This document shows, one piece after another, positions 38,581 through 55,899 of a DNA stretch of 64,000 nucleotides. Each line of letters starts with the position of its first letter. Position 1 is the first letter of the stretch. Where the stretch lies: contig OZ024744.1 in assembly GCA_964016885.1 (NCBI GenBank), positions 12,338,001 to 12,402,000 of the forward strand. Direction: 5' to 3'. The position numbers and the translations under genes are program-made. The DNA is from Eledone cirrhosa. Lineage: Eukaryota. The notes below the pieces were generated by a model, which was given only the letters and a program-made list of their open reading frames with translations, was not told the origin of the DNA and did no database searches.

Positions 38581-38788
38581 CGTTTCTGAATTTGTTTTGC
38601 AAGATTCTTTATCTGAAAACGTGTGTTGAAACCGATATTGTTATACTTTGGGAGGGTCATGTTGCCAATAAGAAACACACGCACCAGTTGCTTTCACTTC
38701 AATTTATTATAATAAATTTATAAATTTAGGAATTTATAAATTTCCGGTTGGTTGGTTGGTTCCACAACCAGATGGTTGTTTATATATT

Positions 38789-38831
38789 GTCAAAGTTCTT
38801 TCGTCACACATTCTGTGACCTCTTCAGTGAC
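38789..38831 (-). ncRNA. Minimal type I hammerhead motif
   Basis: Minus strand: gtca CTGAAGA g gtcaca gaatg tgtgac GAAA gaac TT tgac. Confidence 0.7.
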
Positions 38832-39614
38832 TGGGGATTTTTTCTTTGTTTTTGTGCCTCTCCTTTGTTCTGTCCTACGTCATCTTGTTTCTTGAGAAAA
38901 GAGGTCGTATGTTTTGTGAAGGTACGTATACCTTCTCGTACGTATATTTGATTGTTTATGTTATGGCGTATAATTTTATATATTCTGGTACATATGGTTT
39001 GGCTATGTGTATACGGGAGTTTTGCGTCTGTGTGAGTATGCAGGTTCGTACTTATGTAGGGTGTGTGTATATGTGTACTTCTTGTTTTGGTTGACTTACG
39101 TCTCTGAACATTCGTGTTTTTACATGTAGGTATGTGTGTGCGCTTGTTATATACGCATTTATTTATTTATATACGTTTATATAATTATTTTTTTATTAGT
39201 ATACACGCATATACACACACACATTTTTATATGTGCGTGGTTTTGTATACCTATGGTAAGTGTTTTGCGTATGATTGTGTATGTACGTATTTGTTTGCGT
39301 GTATGTATTTATTTATTTCTATTACTTCTGTATTGTATTTATTTACTTTGTTCTTAACTCTGTAGCGGAGATTCATTTGGTCTCCTTGTTAGAATTTTAG
39401 TCTACGACTTCTGCTATACCATTTACGTGGTTTTGTCTTTGCGTGCTATTGTTCTCCACGGTCCACATTTGACTTATTATCTTCGTTTTTTTCGTTCATT
39501 GCCAGAGAACGTCTCTATGAACCACCTAAGAGAACATTAGTCTACGACTTCTTTTATACCATAAACGTGGTTCTGTCTTTGCGCGTAATTGTTTTTCACC
39601 GCTCCTATTAATGA

Positions 39615-39712
39615 GGTTAACTTTGCCTTCCATCCTTACGGGGTCGATAAAATAAAGTACCAGTATACACTGGGTAATTGCTGGCCTTGTGCCTAACGTA
39701 GAAACAATTATA
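39615..39712 (+). mobile_element. SINE family 1, 3' half
   Basis: Matches 35735-35835. Confidence 0.8.
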
Positions 39713-40111
39713 TTCGTTTTTTCCCGATCTTTGCCAGGGAACGTTTCCACGAACCAAAGTATCGTCTTCCTGTCTTCCTCCGGTTGCAACGTTTTTTGAA
39801 ATATCCACTTCAGCGTTTACAGATTAACTTTGTTAATTTCAGAAGATCCCGTTAAGGGTGAAAGCAGCGATTCTTTGCTTAAACTTTGATCTGTTATTTT
39901 AATAAATATTTGCTCTACGGTTCTTATATATTTGATATATATTTATCCTTATCGAGCCCTCTTTGGATTTTAGTCTTCAAATTTATTATTATTACTATAT
40001 ATATATATATATATATGTATATGTATGTATGTATATGTATATATATGTATATATGTGTATGTGTGTGTACGTGTGTATATATGTATGTGTGTACGTATGA
40101 ATATATGTATA

Positions 40112-40149
<38 letters not shown>

Positions 40150-40161
<12 letters not shown>

Positions 40162-40791
40162 TATGTATGTACACATATGCATGTATATGTGTATGTATAT
40201 ATTTGTATATATGTATGTGTGTATGTACCATTATGTATGTTTGTTGTGTGTGTGTGTCTGCCTGTGTGTGCATGCATGTATGTGTGTGTACGTGTGTAAG
40301 TGGGCACGTGTGTGAATGTACTTGTCGACACCTGGAATATATATTAAGTGAAACTTCACAATAATGTTCACCCCAACATTTGAATCTGTTGATGGAACCC
40401 CTTTCTGTCTTTGTCACCCTCATTTTAGCCTTAAAGAATTTACCTATTCTTTAAACCATTGAACCCCACCCATCCTGTAGACACCTGTCTTACTGCCATT
40501 GTTAGTCTATGTGATAAACTAGGATTGGTATTCCAAATTTGAATTTGTTTACAGTATTTTTTCTGCCTTTGTTAATATTATAGCCTTAAAGAATTAGCTT
40601 TTAATGAACTTCCTTTTCTTTAAATCCTTCAACCAATGACCTCCACACATCCCAATCCCCACCCTCGCCTACCACCAGAAAAGAAATGATATACATACCA
40701 CTACTTACTTGGACAGCCAGCTTCCTGATGATTCCTCATGAATGAAACAGTTCTAGTCCTGTAGAAGCTCTTCTATATTAAAACTTATATA
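40150..40791 (+). mobile_element. Inverted copy of cassette 30058-30670
   Basis: Reverse-complement match including the irregular flanking microsatellite. Confidence 0.85.
40719..40769 (+). ncRNA. Type I hammerhead ribozyme motif
   Basis: agcttc CTGATGA ttcctcatgaat GAAA cag ttctagtc ctg TA gaagct; predicted cleavage after A40763. Confidence 0.8.
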
Positions 40792-41377
40792 TATATGCAA
40801 AGTTTAAACTTTTGAAGCACTGAGGGATGATGAGTTTCAAAGATGTAGGAAAACTCAGACAGAAAAATAACTGTAAATACAGTTAGTTTCTATAAATAGG
40901 ACTCCTATAGAAAATGAAACAAAAAACATTCTCGCCTGACCTGTCTTGCCATGTGACAACCCATCTAACTCAAGCAATCATTGAAAATAGATATAAAATG
41001 ATGCTGATGGTGATGATAACCCTTTAAAAACAGTTTTGTATTGTAGAATCAGATTGTTTCAGGTGCTTTGATAAAAGAAATATATGCTTTATACATGGAA
41101 CGAATAAATCAACAAGTCCCCTGATCTCATTCGCTTACTGAGTGGGGTGGAATTCATCAGATCGGACCAAGCAAACAATGTTTCCATTACTGATATTATC
41201 TATCGGTTACAACTTCTGGCAGAAGGAACAGCGTGAAATAAAGTGTCTTGCTCAAGAACATAACACATTGTTCCAGGAATCAAACTCACAACCTTTTGAT
41301 TGTGAACCCAATTCTCTAACCACCAATCACATATAAAAAAGATTAATTAATTTCTTTAAATTTTTTTTTTTTTGTAG

Positions 41378-41461
41378 CTTTGTACATTTGGCGAAGATTT
41401 GGTGTATATTGTGAACAATGTTAAACCAGAGAAGATAAAAGAAACTCATTTTCCCATTTAA
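41378..41461 (+). CDS. CCDC42: Probable terminal coding exon of CCDC42/CFAP73-family protein (LCTFGEDLVYIVNNVKPEKIKETHFPI*)
   Basis: Long poly-T tract plus tttgtag acceptor, phase 0, TAA at 41459-41461, AT-rich non-repetitive sequence follows. F..DL..I pattern resembles the CCDC42 C-terminus. Confidence 0.7.
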   Translation, partial: LCTFGEDLVYIVNNVKPEKIKETHFPI

Positions 41462-42154
41462 AAACAACAAACTATTTATTTATTTGTTTGCTGTAGTCAC
41501 TTCAATAGTTTGTGGTAAGTGTTTTGCCTGAAGCAAAACAAACTTTGAGTTTCCACTGTTACTACATCATCTGTAGACATTTATATTTAATTAGATTCAG
41601 CTGATGAAAACTTACTGTTATTTTTAATTTCTTTTTTAGCTGTAATTGATTAATCAATTTGATTTGTAAGTTGTAAACTTATTTCTGGAGTTCTCTGGGT
41701 ATATAATCACCAAAAACAAGAAAATTAATTTCAAGACTAGATAGAACAACAAAAAATTAGATTCTTTTTTAATGAGATTTTGAAAAATATGAAATTGTGG
41801 TCAACAACTTTTACATATATGTTAACAAAGTTGTAAATATTTTATTAAAAAAATTTTTTTTTTTTTTTTGCATTTTGGGATAATTGCATATAAAAAAATG
41901 CTAGAATGTTTATCAATTTAATTTAATGTTTTAAAAATACCCCATCAAACTTGACTCAATATATAAAATCATTTTTATTCTACTCAAGAGAAATGAATTA
42001 TTTTCAGCACACATTGTTTTTATTTTTATTTTTTTAATTCTTTCACTGGTTTCTGTCATTAGACAGCGGCCATGCTGGGGCATTGCATTGAAGGAATTTA
42101 TTTGATCAGTACTTATATTTTTATTTTACCAAATCTGCTAAATTATTTATCTAC

Positions 42155-43353
42155 AGAGAAGAAATTCCAAACATGGAAGCAGAGACTAGAAAGAAGGGGT
42201 CTCAAAGTCAACCTGACAAAGATTAAGGTCCTTGTAAGTAGACGAGAAAACAGAACCCAGATCCCCTCAGGGAAATGGCCTTGCTCAGTATGTAAGAAAG
42301 GTGTAGGTAGGAACTCTAACCTCTGCCCCAAATGCAAACAATGGGTACACAAGAGATGTAGTGGGATCTCAGGAAGTTTAGCTAAGAATGTAGGCTTTAC
42401 ATGTAGCAGCTGCACTGTGACAGCAAGCAGCAAACAGCCACAGTAAACAAGCACCACCAAACTCTGGGAGGGCTCTGTAGAAACAGTAGACAGCTTCTGC
42501 TACCTAAGTGACCGAATTAGCAGCGGAGATGGGTGTTCAGAAATTACAATAACTAGGGTAAGAACGGGATGGAAGAAGTTCAGAGAACTACTGCCACTGC
42601 TAGCTGCAAAAGGCTTTTCCCTCAAAATGAAGGGCAGACTGTATGATGCGTGTATACGAACAGCAATGTTACATGGTAGTGAGACCTGGGCGCTGGAGGT
42701 GGAAGAGTTGCGTAGATTAGAAAGAAACGAAGCCTGCATGCTCCGATGGATGTGTAATAGTAATATACGCAAACGACAAAGCATAAATGAATTGAGAGAG
42801 AGACTGAGCATAAGAGGAATCAAATGATGTGTGCAGGAGAGGCGGTTACGTTGGTATGAACATGTGATGCATATGAAGGATGACAGCTGCATAAAAAGGT
42901 GCAGAGCACTAGAAGTCGATGGAAACCGCGGAGTGGGAGACCCAAGAAGACCTGGGATGAGGTGATAAAAGCCGACCTTACCCAATTACACCTCTCAAAG
43001 GCGATGACACACGACCGTGACCCCTGGCAGAAGACCCAACCCCCCACGGGTACAAGCCGAAGCTGAAGCATATAGACAATATGCCCCCACACCCTCCCAC
43101 TGCAAAATGGTTGTGGAGGTGCCACGGCAAAAAAGCACCCAGTCCACACTGTAAAGTGGACGTGTAGGTGCCATGGCAAAAAAGCACCCAGCACTCACTG
43201 TAAATGAGGTTGGTGTTAGGAAGGGTATCCAGCTGTAGAAATCAAGCCAAATCAGTTCCTGTATGAGCAAGGCATGGTCAGCCGACCAGACACTGTCCAC
43301 AACAGGACAACCCGTCTAACCAATGCTAGGGTGGAGGAACAAACGTAAAACAG

Positions 43354-43392
<39 letters not shown>
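42155..43392 (+). mobile_element. RTE LINE 3' fragment
   Basis: C4HC3 finger, RLYDACIRTAMLHGSETW, 3' UTR, (GAT)n tail. Confidence 0.9.
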
Positions 43393-43412
43393 GACATTTA
43401 TATATATATATA

Positions 43413-43696
43413 TCTATATATATAAAACTGTTGTTGTTGTGTGTGTGTCCTCATTTTTGCAAAGTCTATACAAATCCACATTTCTACTCCGATTGACTTC
43501 AAACTTGCATTTATATATTCCTTGCGGTCTAAAGATATTAACTGCAGCTTTTATTTTTCCCTTTTCTGTTGTTAAAGGGGTGTTAGGCACCGGTTATCCA
43601 TCTCCGTAGTGCTCTTATAATATCTATCTGTATGTCTGACTGTCTGCATAACGACATTCTGACGAACATGTCATTGCTGACGTATTATCTTCGCTA

Positions 43697-43734
<38 letters not shown>

Positions 43735-43795
43735 CATACTTATATATACATATATATATATACACATATATACATATACACACACATATATACAC

Positions 43796-43840
<45 letters not shown>

Positions 43841-43907
43841 CAAACAGATATACACATTTATATACACATATACATATATATAAATATACACATAAAAATA
43901 TATGTAT

Positions 43908-43946
<39 letters not shown>

Positions 43947-44664
43947 CACACAAATACATTGTAGGTCGCTTTAAACCGTCTTTTATTAATCAAATAACTT
44001 CTTGCCAATAAACATTAACCCTTTGTGCGCCATTCATCTAACTGTAGACCAACAAATACCAACTAAACGGAGCATTGACAAGAACGATGGCGAATCAATC
44101 TTCGAGGTAAGCAGTTTCCTCCCGAGCTGTTAGGTCACGTGGGATTCACTGCTTCACCTTTTCATAATAATACCGAACAACGTACTGCTGGTCACTCCTT
44201 CCTCCAAAAGCCGTACAAAGCGGACATGTGCATCGTGTAGATGGATCGGGTGCAAATCTACACCAGGCCTACGCGAGAAATTCGCAAGGGACTGCACCGA
44301 GAGGGATAGAGAGAAAGAGTAACTTAGTGGAAAGAGTGCGAATGAATTTTTGAGGTAAGTAGCCTACAACTTACTGCTATGACACTGGAACCTTCTGCCA
44401 ACTTAACCTGTGACTTTCTCTTTCACATTTACTCCAAAAGACCAAAACAGAGGAGTATGAAAAGAAGGGGGTCAACAATATTTCTATGAACAATGCACGT
44501 AGACAGCTAAACTGTACTTTCAACTTCTTAATTTTCTCCAAATAAACAAGTTTCCTGTCAGTATATTTTCGTGAGTTTTTAACAGGCACTCACAAATAAA
44601 TGTTTCTTATTGGAGGTGCTATTACTAATGTTCTTAGCCGTGCAACGCCGGGATACACTGCTAG
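43413..44664 (+). mobile_element. Non-autonomous Helitron-like element
   Basis: A|TC start (tctatatatataaaactg), GC-rich subterminal ccgtgcaacgccggg, CTAG|T end, inserted in (TA)n. Confidence 0.68.
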
Positions 44665-46049
44665 TATATATATACAAGGTGTCGTCTCAAAAATCGAGTT
44701 GAAGTGCGAGTGCATTAGAAATTTATAGAATAATTTGAAACTCAACGCAAAGGAAAACTACTGAAACAATAAAATATCGTCAATGATGACGTTGGACAAG
44801 AATAAGCGGCTGGAAGTGAGTTGGTCTAGAGAAATGAATGAGACAAAAGAAACACACAACATCTTATTGCGTCATCAGCCCCAGCACCGGCATGTAGTTT
44901 CACACAAAATTTAAGCTTAGAGTACCACATATAACTGCTGGCTTGCGCAACAGAAATAAAGTATTTCTGCTCGCATGATGTGTGTCTGCGAAAATGAACA
45001 ATTAGATGGGTAGACGGATGGATCAGAGCGGGAGAGATATGGGACACATCTGCTCGACACCAAAGCAAGACTAGACAGGGCAATCTGAAGTGGGAGCAGG
45101 CGGAAGTCACACAAAAAGTGACGGGTGCAAGGTAGAGAGAATGTGGAGGGCAACAAGAAGGAAGCGGGGGGGGGGGGGGGGAACAGAAATAAGAAGATGG
45201 GGGGGAGAGAGAGAGAGAGGATGAAAGTAGTGACAAGTTGAGGTGGCTGGTAGAAGAAGGTGGGGAAGGGGGAAGAAAAAGACTAGCAAGAAGAGAGGAG
45301 GGAGAGAGAAAGAATGAGAGATAGGGAGGATGAAAAGGAAAGAAAGGGTTAGCGAACTTATGTAAATTAAGGGTTAACTGCCGAAAATAGAAAATTATTT
45401 GTTGCTGTAAATACATGTAAACATATTGTTGTCTCGAAATTCGAGTTGTAACAAAAGTGTTAGAATATATAGAATAACGTGAACTGAAAACAGAGAGCGA
45501 AAGGCAAGAAGAAGAAGGTGAGGGGAGAGAGAAACGCTGAACATAATGATGGGTTAGGAGATAGGTGGAGGAAGAAAACAACTTTATCTTCCTTCATTTC
45601 TCACTATCTTTCTCCTTTTCCATTACAAAAGATTCCCAACAAGGACTGGAATAATAAAATCAAATTGCCATTGTCACTGCTTCCATCTCTCTCGCTCTCC
45701 CTAACTCTCACTATTATAAGCAAATGGTGGCCCATGTGTTAGCTGCCCTGGTGGGCAGATGATTCCTTTGGTAACATTAGAGTGTGAAGTTATAAGTAAA
45801 ACCTTTATTTTTATTTTCACTGTCTAGCAGGTGAATGAAAAGGTGTTCTCTTTATAAAAATAAGTTAAAATTGGTGAAAGTTGTCAAAACAGTTCAATAA
45901 AATAGGGTTAAAAAGTCTGCAAATGGATAAACCCGGTACGTATCACAGGACATGGAAAAAAGAACTCTGCAGTGCATCAAACATTAGAAGAACCCTATTA
46001 ATTACCATATCTTAACTAATTCTCCAGATTCTCTTTCACAAAAAGAGGG

Positions 46050-46900
46050 TTAATAGGACCTTTCCATCATGCCATGGTACAGAAACTGCTCTAGTGTTGG
46101 TGATCTACACAATAAACACTCCCAGTACATGCTGTAAAGTTGTTGGTGATAGGAAGGACATCCAGCCATAGAACGCTTGCTAAACAAAGGGAGGCCCTTC
46201 TGAGAGGTCAGTAGCCCTGCTTCAGTATTGACTCGTCTGCAAAGACACATCCAGCCCTTGCTAGCAGGGAAAGCAAACATTAAAATGATAACGATGATGA
46301 TGATGATGAAAAGCAAAACTCCTCTAGGTGTTTCTTTTGGATCGAAAGAGTAAAATCAATCAATGCAAAAGTTTTCTAGGTCAAACCTGATCATCATCAC
46401 CATCAATGTCATCATTTAAAGTCCACTTTCCATGCTTGCATGAGTTAGATAGGTTGTCACATTATGAGACAAGTCAGGCTCAGAGACCATGTGTTGCTCA
46501 CACAGATCTGTATTTGGACTCGGTTTCTACAGCAGGATGCCATTCCTAATGCCAATCATATTACAAGTGTGGACTGGGTGCTTTTTATCGTGGCACTGAA
46601 ATAACCACCTTGCAGGATGGACAGTACTTTTTGTCAAGTCACCAACATGACCACCTACAGGATGGACTCGCCGCTTCCGTTGATGTGGCATTGGATCAGC
46701 ATACAGAGTGGACTTAGTGCTTTTTGTCATGGCAATGGAATTGTATGAGATCAGATGTAGAGCGTGTCCAGATTTCATGCTTGTGTACATGGGTTGGGTT
46801 GGCATCAAGGGTGAGGGTTTGAATGGGGTCAGGACAAGTAAGCAAGTTGGAAACATCTTTAAATTTGACGTAAGAATGCAATGTTATGTACTCTCGGGCC
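46050..46900. mobile_element. Degenerate RTE/SINE 3' tails, + at 46050-46310 and - at 46390-46900
   Basis: aggaagg.catccagcc motif and (GAT)n tails in opposite orientations. Confidence 0.6.
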
Positions 46901-47284
46901 CCAAATAATATGGGTGAGGGTTGGAAAATGGGTAATATTTCTAGGCTGTCCCCATTGATATTTTTTAAAAACCAGAATTTAGTTTACATATTGAGACCCC
47001 AACCCATCTTATTTATTTTATAACATATGGGATTTCTAGTAATCTACTTTTTTTTGTCATGTATGTTTTTTAATGTCTGAAGAAAATTATTTGAGACCCG
47101 AAGATTCCTTAGCCCTACGAACACCTTCCAACTCACCACCATCGGCACAGAGTTGGCTACCCGCAGGTGAGAGCCTCATGAGCTGGAATGGCTCTTCCAA
47201 TGTGTCACCATCCTCTGGGGAAACACCTCTATTCTGTCCACCAAGGCTGTGGGGTGGCCAGCATGTGGGCCCCCAATTGCTTAT

Positions 47285-47504
47285 AATAATGGTTTCTTAT
47301 ATAGGCACAAAGCCAGTAACTTTGGGGGGAGGGGAAAGTCAATTAAATCGACCCCAGTGCATGACTGGTACTTTATTTTATCAACCCCCATAAGGATGAA
47401 AGGCAAAGTTAACCTCGGCGGGATTTGAACTCAAATCATAAAGGGCCGTAACTCTATGCTGCAAAGCATGTCGTCCGACCCTCTACCTATACTGCCAATC
47501 CACC
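47285..47504 (-). mobile_element. tRNA-derived SINE, family 1
   Basis: A and B boxes and central domain; head partly duplicated at 47510-47555. Confidence 0.8.
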
Positions 47505-47560
47505 ACCCTAACATGGTGTCAGACCCTCTACCTATACTACCAATCCACCACCCTAGCATA

Positions 47561-51647
<4,087 letters not shown>

Positions 51648-51973
51648 GGGCCAGGCACTGAAAGGACCAGTATTTTAACTGGACCATCTCCCAGAGTCCA
51701 TCCATCATAGCAATATGTCGGCCAAACTTCTACCAATACTGCCAATCCACTGGCCTTTTGCTTATTGCTTATAATAGTGAGAGATGTGAAGAGTGAGAGA
51801 GACAGTGACTATACCAACATTGCTTAAGTATTTTGTAGAGTCAAAGGTTAAGTGATTTTACATTAATTACACATGTACTAACAAATAAGTATTTATATAC
51901 ACACAAAGTGTATTATATTCCAGTGACTGGAGCAGACGAGAGGCGCATCACATGAAAAAGTATTTTATATATT

Positions 51974-52145
51974 GTGAAGGCACATGGCTTAGTGGTTAGA
52001 GCATTGGCCTTGCAATCGAAAGGTTGTGAGTTCAATTCTCAGACCGGGTGATGTGTTGTTTCCTTGAGCAAGACACTTTATTTCACATTGCTCCAGTTTA
52101 CTCAGCTGTAGAAATGAGATGAAAGGACTGGGGTCCCTATCATTA
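51974..52145 (+). mobile_element. tRNA-derived SINE, family 2, head and core
   Basis: TGGCTTAGTGG and GAGTTCAATTC boxes; reverse-complement match to 29790-29961. Confidence 0.85.
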
Positions 52146-52202
52146 AATTACCCAAGATACCTCCAACGAGATATACCTTGGAGGAGGCCAACTAAACCTG
52201 CA

Positions 52203-52306
52203 TAGGTGTGAGCTGTCACACACACACGCACACACACACACAGGTGTGAGCTGTCACACACACAAACACACACACACACACACAAAGGTGTGAGCTGTCA
52301 CACACA

Positions 52307-52346
<40 letters not shown>

Positions 52347-52360
52347 GGTGTGAGCTGTCA

Positions 52361-52402
<42 letters not shown>

Positions 52403-52875
52403 GGTATGAGCTGTCACACACACACAAAGGTGTGAGCTATCACATACACACATAGGTGTCAGCTGTCACACACACACACATAGGTGTGAGCTGTCACACA
52501 CACACACAAAGGTGTGAGCTGTCACACACACACACATAGGTGTGAGCTATCACACACACACACACACATAGGTGTGATCTCTCACACACACACACAAAGG
52601 TGTGAGCTGTCACACATACACACATAGGTGTGAGCTCTCACACACACACACAAAGGTGTGAGCTGTCACACATACACACATAGGTGTGAGCTGTCACACA
52701 GACACACATAGGTGTGAGCTGTCACACACACACACAAAGGTGTGAGCTGTCACACGTGCACACATAGGTGTGAGCAGTCACACACACATAGGTGTGAGCT
52801 GTCACACACGCACACATAGGTGTGAGCTGTCACACACACACACCTAGATGTGAGCTGTCACACACACATAGGTGT
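52203..52875. repeat. Minisatellite aggtgtgagctgt-(CA)n with variable CA length
   Basis: About 20 units read directly. Confidence 0.93.
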
Positions 52876-55800
52876 TTATATGTTCATGGTTGACTATTCA
52901 GATCACAAGTTAGTAACCTGCATAGTCAACCTTGATATAACCCATAGACAGGGACCCGGTTACTGGAAGCTGAACTTGTCCTTACCGACAAGCAAAGCTT
53001 ACAGTAAACGGATTAGCACGTTTGTTAAGCAGAGTTTGACAGGGGCAATTGTCAACAACAGGTGGTGGAGCTCTCTTAAGAGAGCAATTAGAATAGAATC
53101 GATAGGTTTTAGTCAGGAATTAGCAAGGGATAGGAACAAGACGGAAAGGGAATTAGTAGATAGAGTAGAAGAGGCGATTAGGAGTGGCAATGTAGCCAGC
53201 GAGCTGGCATCAAGAATTGCCTTAGACCAGTTCTTTGATGTGAAGCACGAGGGCTGCGTTGTCAGGAGTAAAATACGTGCTCTGGGTAATGAGGGAGCCA
53301 AAGCTGTGAGCTGGGCCCGAGTGACAGAGGCAGAAAGTGGGAACAAGTCCACGATTCGGTCTTTGAAGGACCAGGATGGGCGTGTGATCCTTGAACCTGG
53401 GCAGATGTGTGCGGCCTTTCAGCGGCACTTTGCACGACTGTTCGAGAGGGGCGGCGCGCCGGGTGAGACTATGGATTTCAATCCATACCTCGACGGTCTG
53501 CCGCGCCTCTCGGACGCGGAGGCGAAGTCCTGCGAAAGGCCGATTTCAGCTGCTGAGATAGGGGCGGCGCTGAGCCAATGCTGCAAACGCAAATCCCCGG
53601 GTCTCGATGGTCTACCACACGAGCTATATGTAGCGATGCCGGACTTGTTCTCCGATATCCTCGAAGCGGTCTACTGCAACTGGCAGCAGAACGGGAGAAT
53701 TCCCAGTTCTGTGACCAAGGGCGTAGTTACGCTGGTGAGGAAGGATGAGAACAAGGGGGATGACATAAGTAACTTCAGGCCCATAACTCTGCTAAATACA
53801 GAGTTAAAGATTTTGGCCATGGTGTGAGCGAAGAGGTTGGCGCTTGTCGTCGGAAACCTGGTGGGAGAAGCGCAGACATGCGCAATCCCGTCCAGGTCCA
53901 TTCACGACAATCTCCACCTTATGCGATACATCATAGAGAGGGTAGGGAATGAACCCGGCTTTGGTGGGGACCTGATCAACTTGGATCAATCTAAAGCTTT
54001 CGATAGGGTTGACCATCGTTACCTGGATGCGGTGCTCGCGGCGGCAGGTTTCGGACCCGTTTTCAGGGGTTGGATTGCTGCCATGCACAGCAGCAACGTC
54101 TGCTCAAGGGTCAAGGTGAACGACCACCTCTCGGAGTCGTTCCAAATCATGCGATCCATCCGACAGGGATGCCCTCTCTCCTCCCATCTGTATGTGCTGG
54201 CTCTTGAGCCACTACTGCGGAAGTTGGAGCGGTTGCAGGGCATCCCTTTGGAACCGGGATTGCAGAAAGCGGCGTCGGCCTATGCCGATGACGTGACAGT
54301 AATGATGTCGAAAACCACGAAAATCGGTGAGATCGGCACCTTACTGGAGGAATATGAAAGGTTTACAGGAGCCAAGCTGAACCGGGACAAGTCCGTCGGT
54401 TTGCAACTCGGAACATGGAGAGGCAAACCGATGCCCTCCAACGACGTCGTCGGACGCTGGACGGAGGGCCCGGTGAAGCTGCTTGGGGTCTGGTTCGGAC
54501 CAGACCTCCAGGTGGAGAAAAACTGGAACAAGGTAACGGCCAGGGTGTTTGCACTCGCCCAGAAGTGGGCCCAGTGCAAACTATCCCTGAAAGGTCGAGC
54601 AGAGGTGGCAAACGCTTATATAGCATCCGTCATCTACTACCGCTTGACCGTCGTGCCTTGCCTAGTGAAAAGACTCGCCAAAATGGAGTGCGCGCTGTTC
54701 CAATTTCTTTGGAACAAGCGGACCCCTTTGGTGAGGAGATCCATCTGCTGTCAACACCCTTCGAAAGGAGGGCTAGGGATGCCGTGGCTACAGATGCGTA
54801 AACACGCATTAAGGCTACGGCAACTCCAGGTATTCCTCACCGGTCAACCGGTGTGGGCCCCGTTTGTGAGGCGAGCCTTTCCCAGACTCGTCTCGCTCAC
54901 CGAGCTGCAATCCTGGGTCAAGCAAAGACCGAGAAAAGTGGGCGACTGGCACATTGAATGTGCCCAGGCGCTCACGGTCCTCTGGAAAGCGGACCCGGCA
55001 ATCAGTGGAGACTCCACCTCGACATTCTATAGAGGGTTGGTACGCAGCAGGTACGACAATGCTCTCGGAGAAGCTCTAGGCATGGAGGAAGATGAACTGG
55101 CCAGTCTGTTCGGTAGGACGTTTGGCCCTGGACCGATGGACAACTTCCAAAAGTCCCTGGTTTGGCAGTGCTACCGAGGGGCTCTACCCGTTCGAGACAA
55201 GCTCCACAGGCATGGGAGCCTGGGTAGGGATCCTTTGAATAAGATCTGTCCGAGATGCGTGCATGACGACGAAACCGTTGCGAACGCATTCGTACACTGC
55301 CCAGGCATTGCTGACCTGTGGGGCTATGTGGAACGACTACTGTCGAGGGTGGACCAATCCGGTTGACCACCGAGTCCATTGTCACGATCAAACCGCCTCC
55401 CGCTTTCAAAAACGAAGGAGAGGCGGTTTTTCTCTGTGTGATAGCTATGGCTAAAGAAGTTGTATGGTGGACGAGGCTGAAAGGGCTGAGGTCAGACACC
55501 TTTCTCTCCGGCCAACAACTGGTCCCCTTTTTCAAATACCATTTTGAAAGAAGGATCAGAATGGAGAGAGAGGTGCTCTACCCCAGCAAGTTTTATGAAA
55601 GGTGGGTGAAAGTAGGGAGAATGGTCAGAGTGAATGGGTCTTCTCTCTATGTAAGCCTGTAGGTGAAAGAAGAGGAAAAAGAGGAGACGAGGGAAGCACC
55701 TACTCTTTGTGCTCCTGAGGAGAAGGGTTGCACATTTTTTCCGGGGTGTGTGCGACCCATGTTAATGCCCCCTCCCTATTGAGGACTTCGTTTGTTGTTG

Positions 55801-55899
55801 TTATTTCATTGTTATATTTTTGTACTCGTTAATTATATGTAAACTTCCCCCCTTGTATCTGTCCCTACCTTTTGTGCCCTGGTGGCAAATAAAGAAATC
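52876..55899 (+). mobile_element. Tx1/L1-group LINE ORF2, 5'-truncated
   Basis: SDHKLV, GPGYWKLN, KSPGLDGLP.E.Y, DQSKAFDRVDH, RQGCPLS, AYADD, C-terminal zinc knuckle CPRC..ET..AFVHC; one TGA at 53825 and a frameshift near 55355; AATAAA at the 3' end. Confidence 0.9.

Noticed and set aside
39526-39960. Minus-strand ORF fragment KTILWFVETFPGKD as a possible Penelope piece
   Set aside because: Similarity too weak to assign by eye; interrupted by a SINE and stops.
44673-44700. tacaaggtgtcgtctcaaaaa resembling a mariner terminal repeat
   Set aside because: No matching opposite terminus or transposase found.
44826-45581. 251-aa Ser/Pro/Leu-rich ORF
   Set aside because: Low-complexity purine tract read on the minus strand; no recognisable domain.
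51974-52050. Possible tRNA gene
   Set aside because: A and B boxes continue into a SINE core repeated at 29790-29961; no complete acceptor stem.
52203-52875. CRISPR-like look (palindromic repeat with variable spacers)
   Set aside because: Spacers are only (CA)n, the context is eukaryotic, and no cas genes are present.
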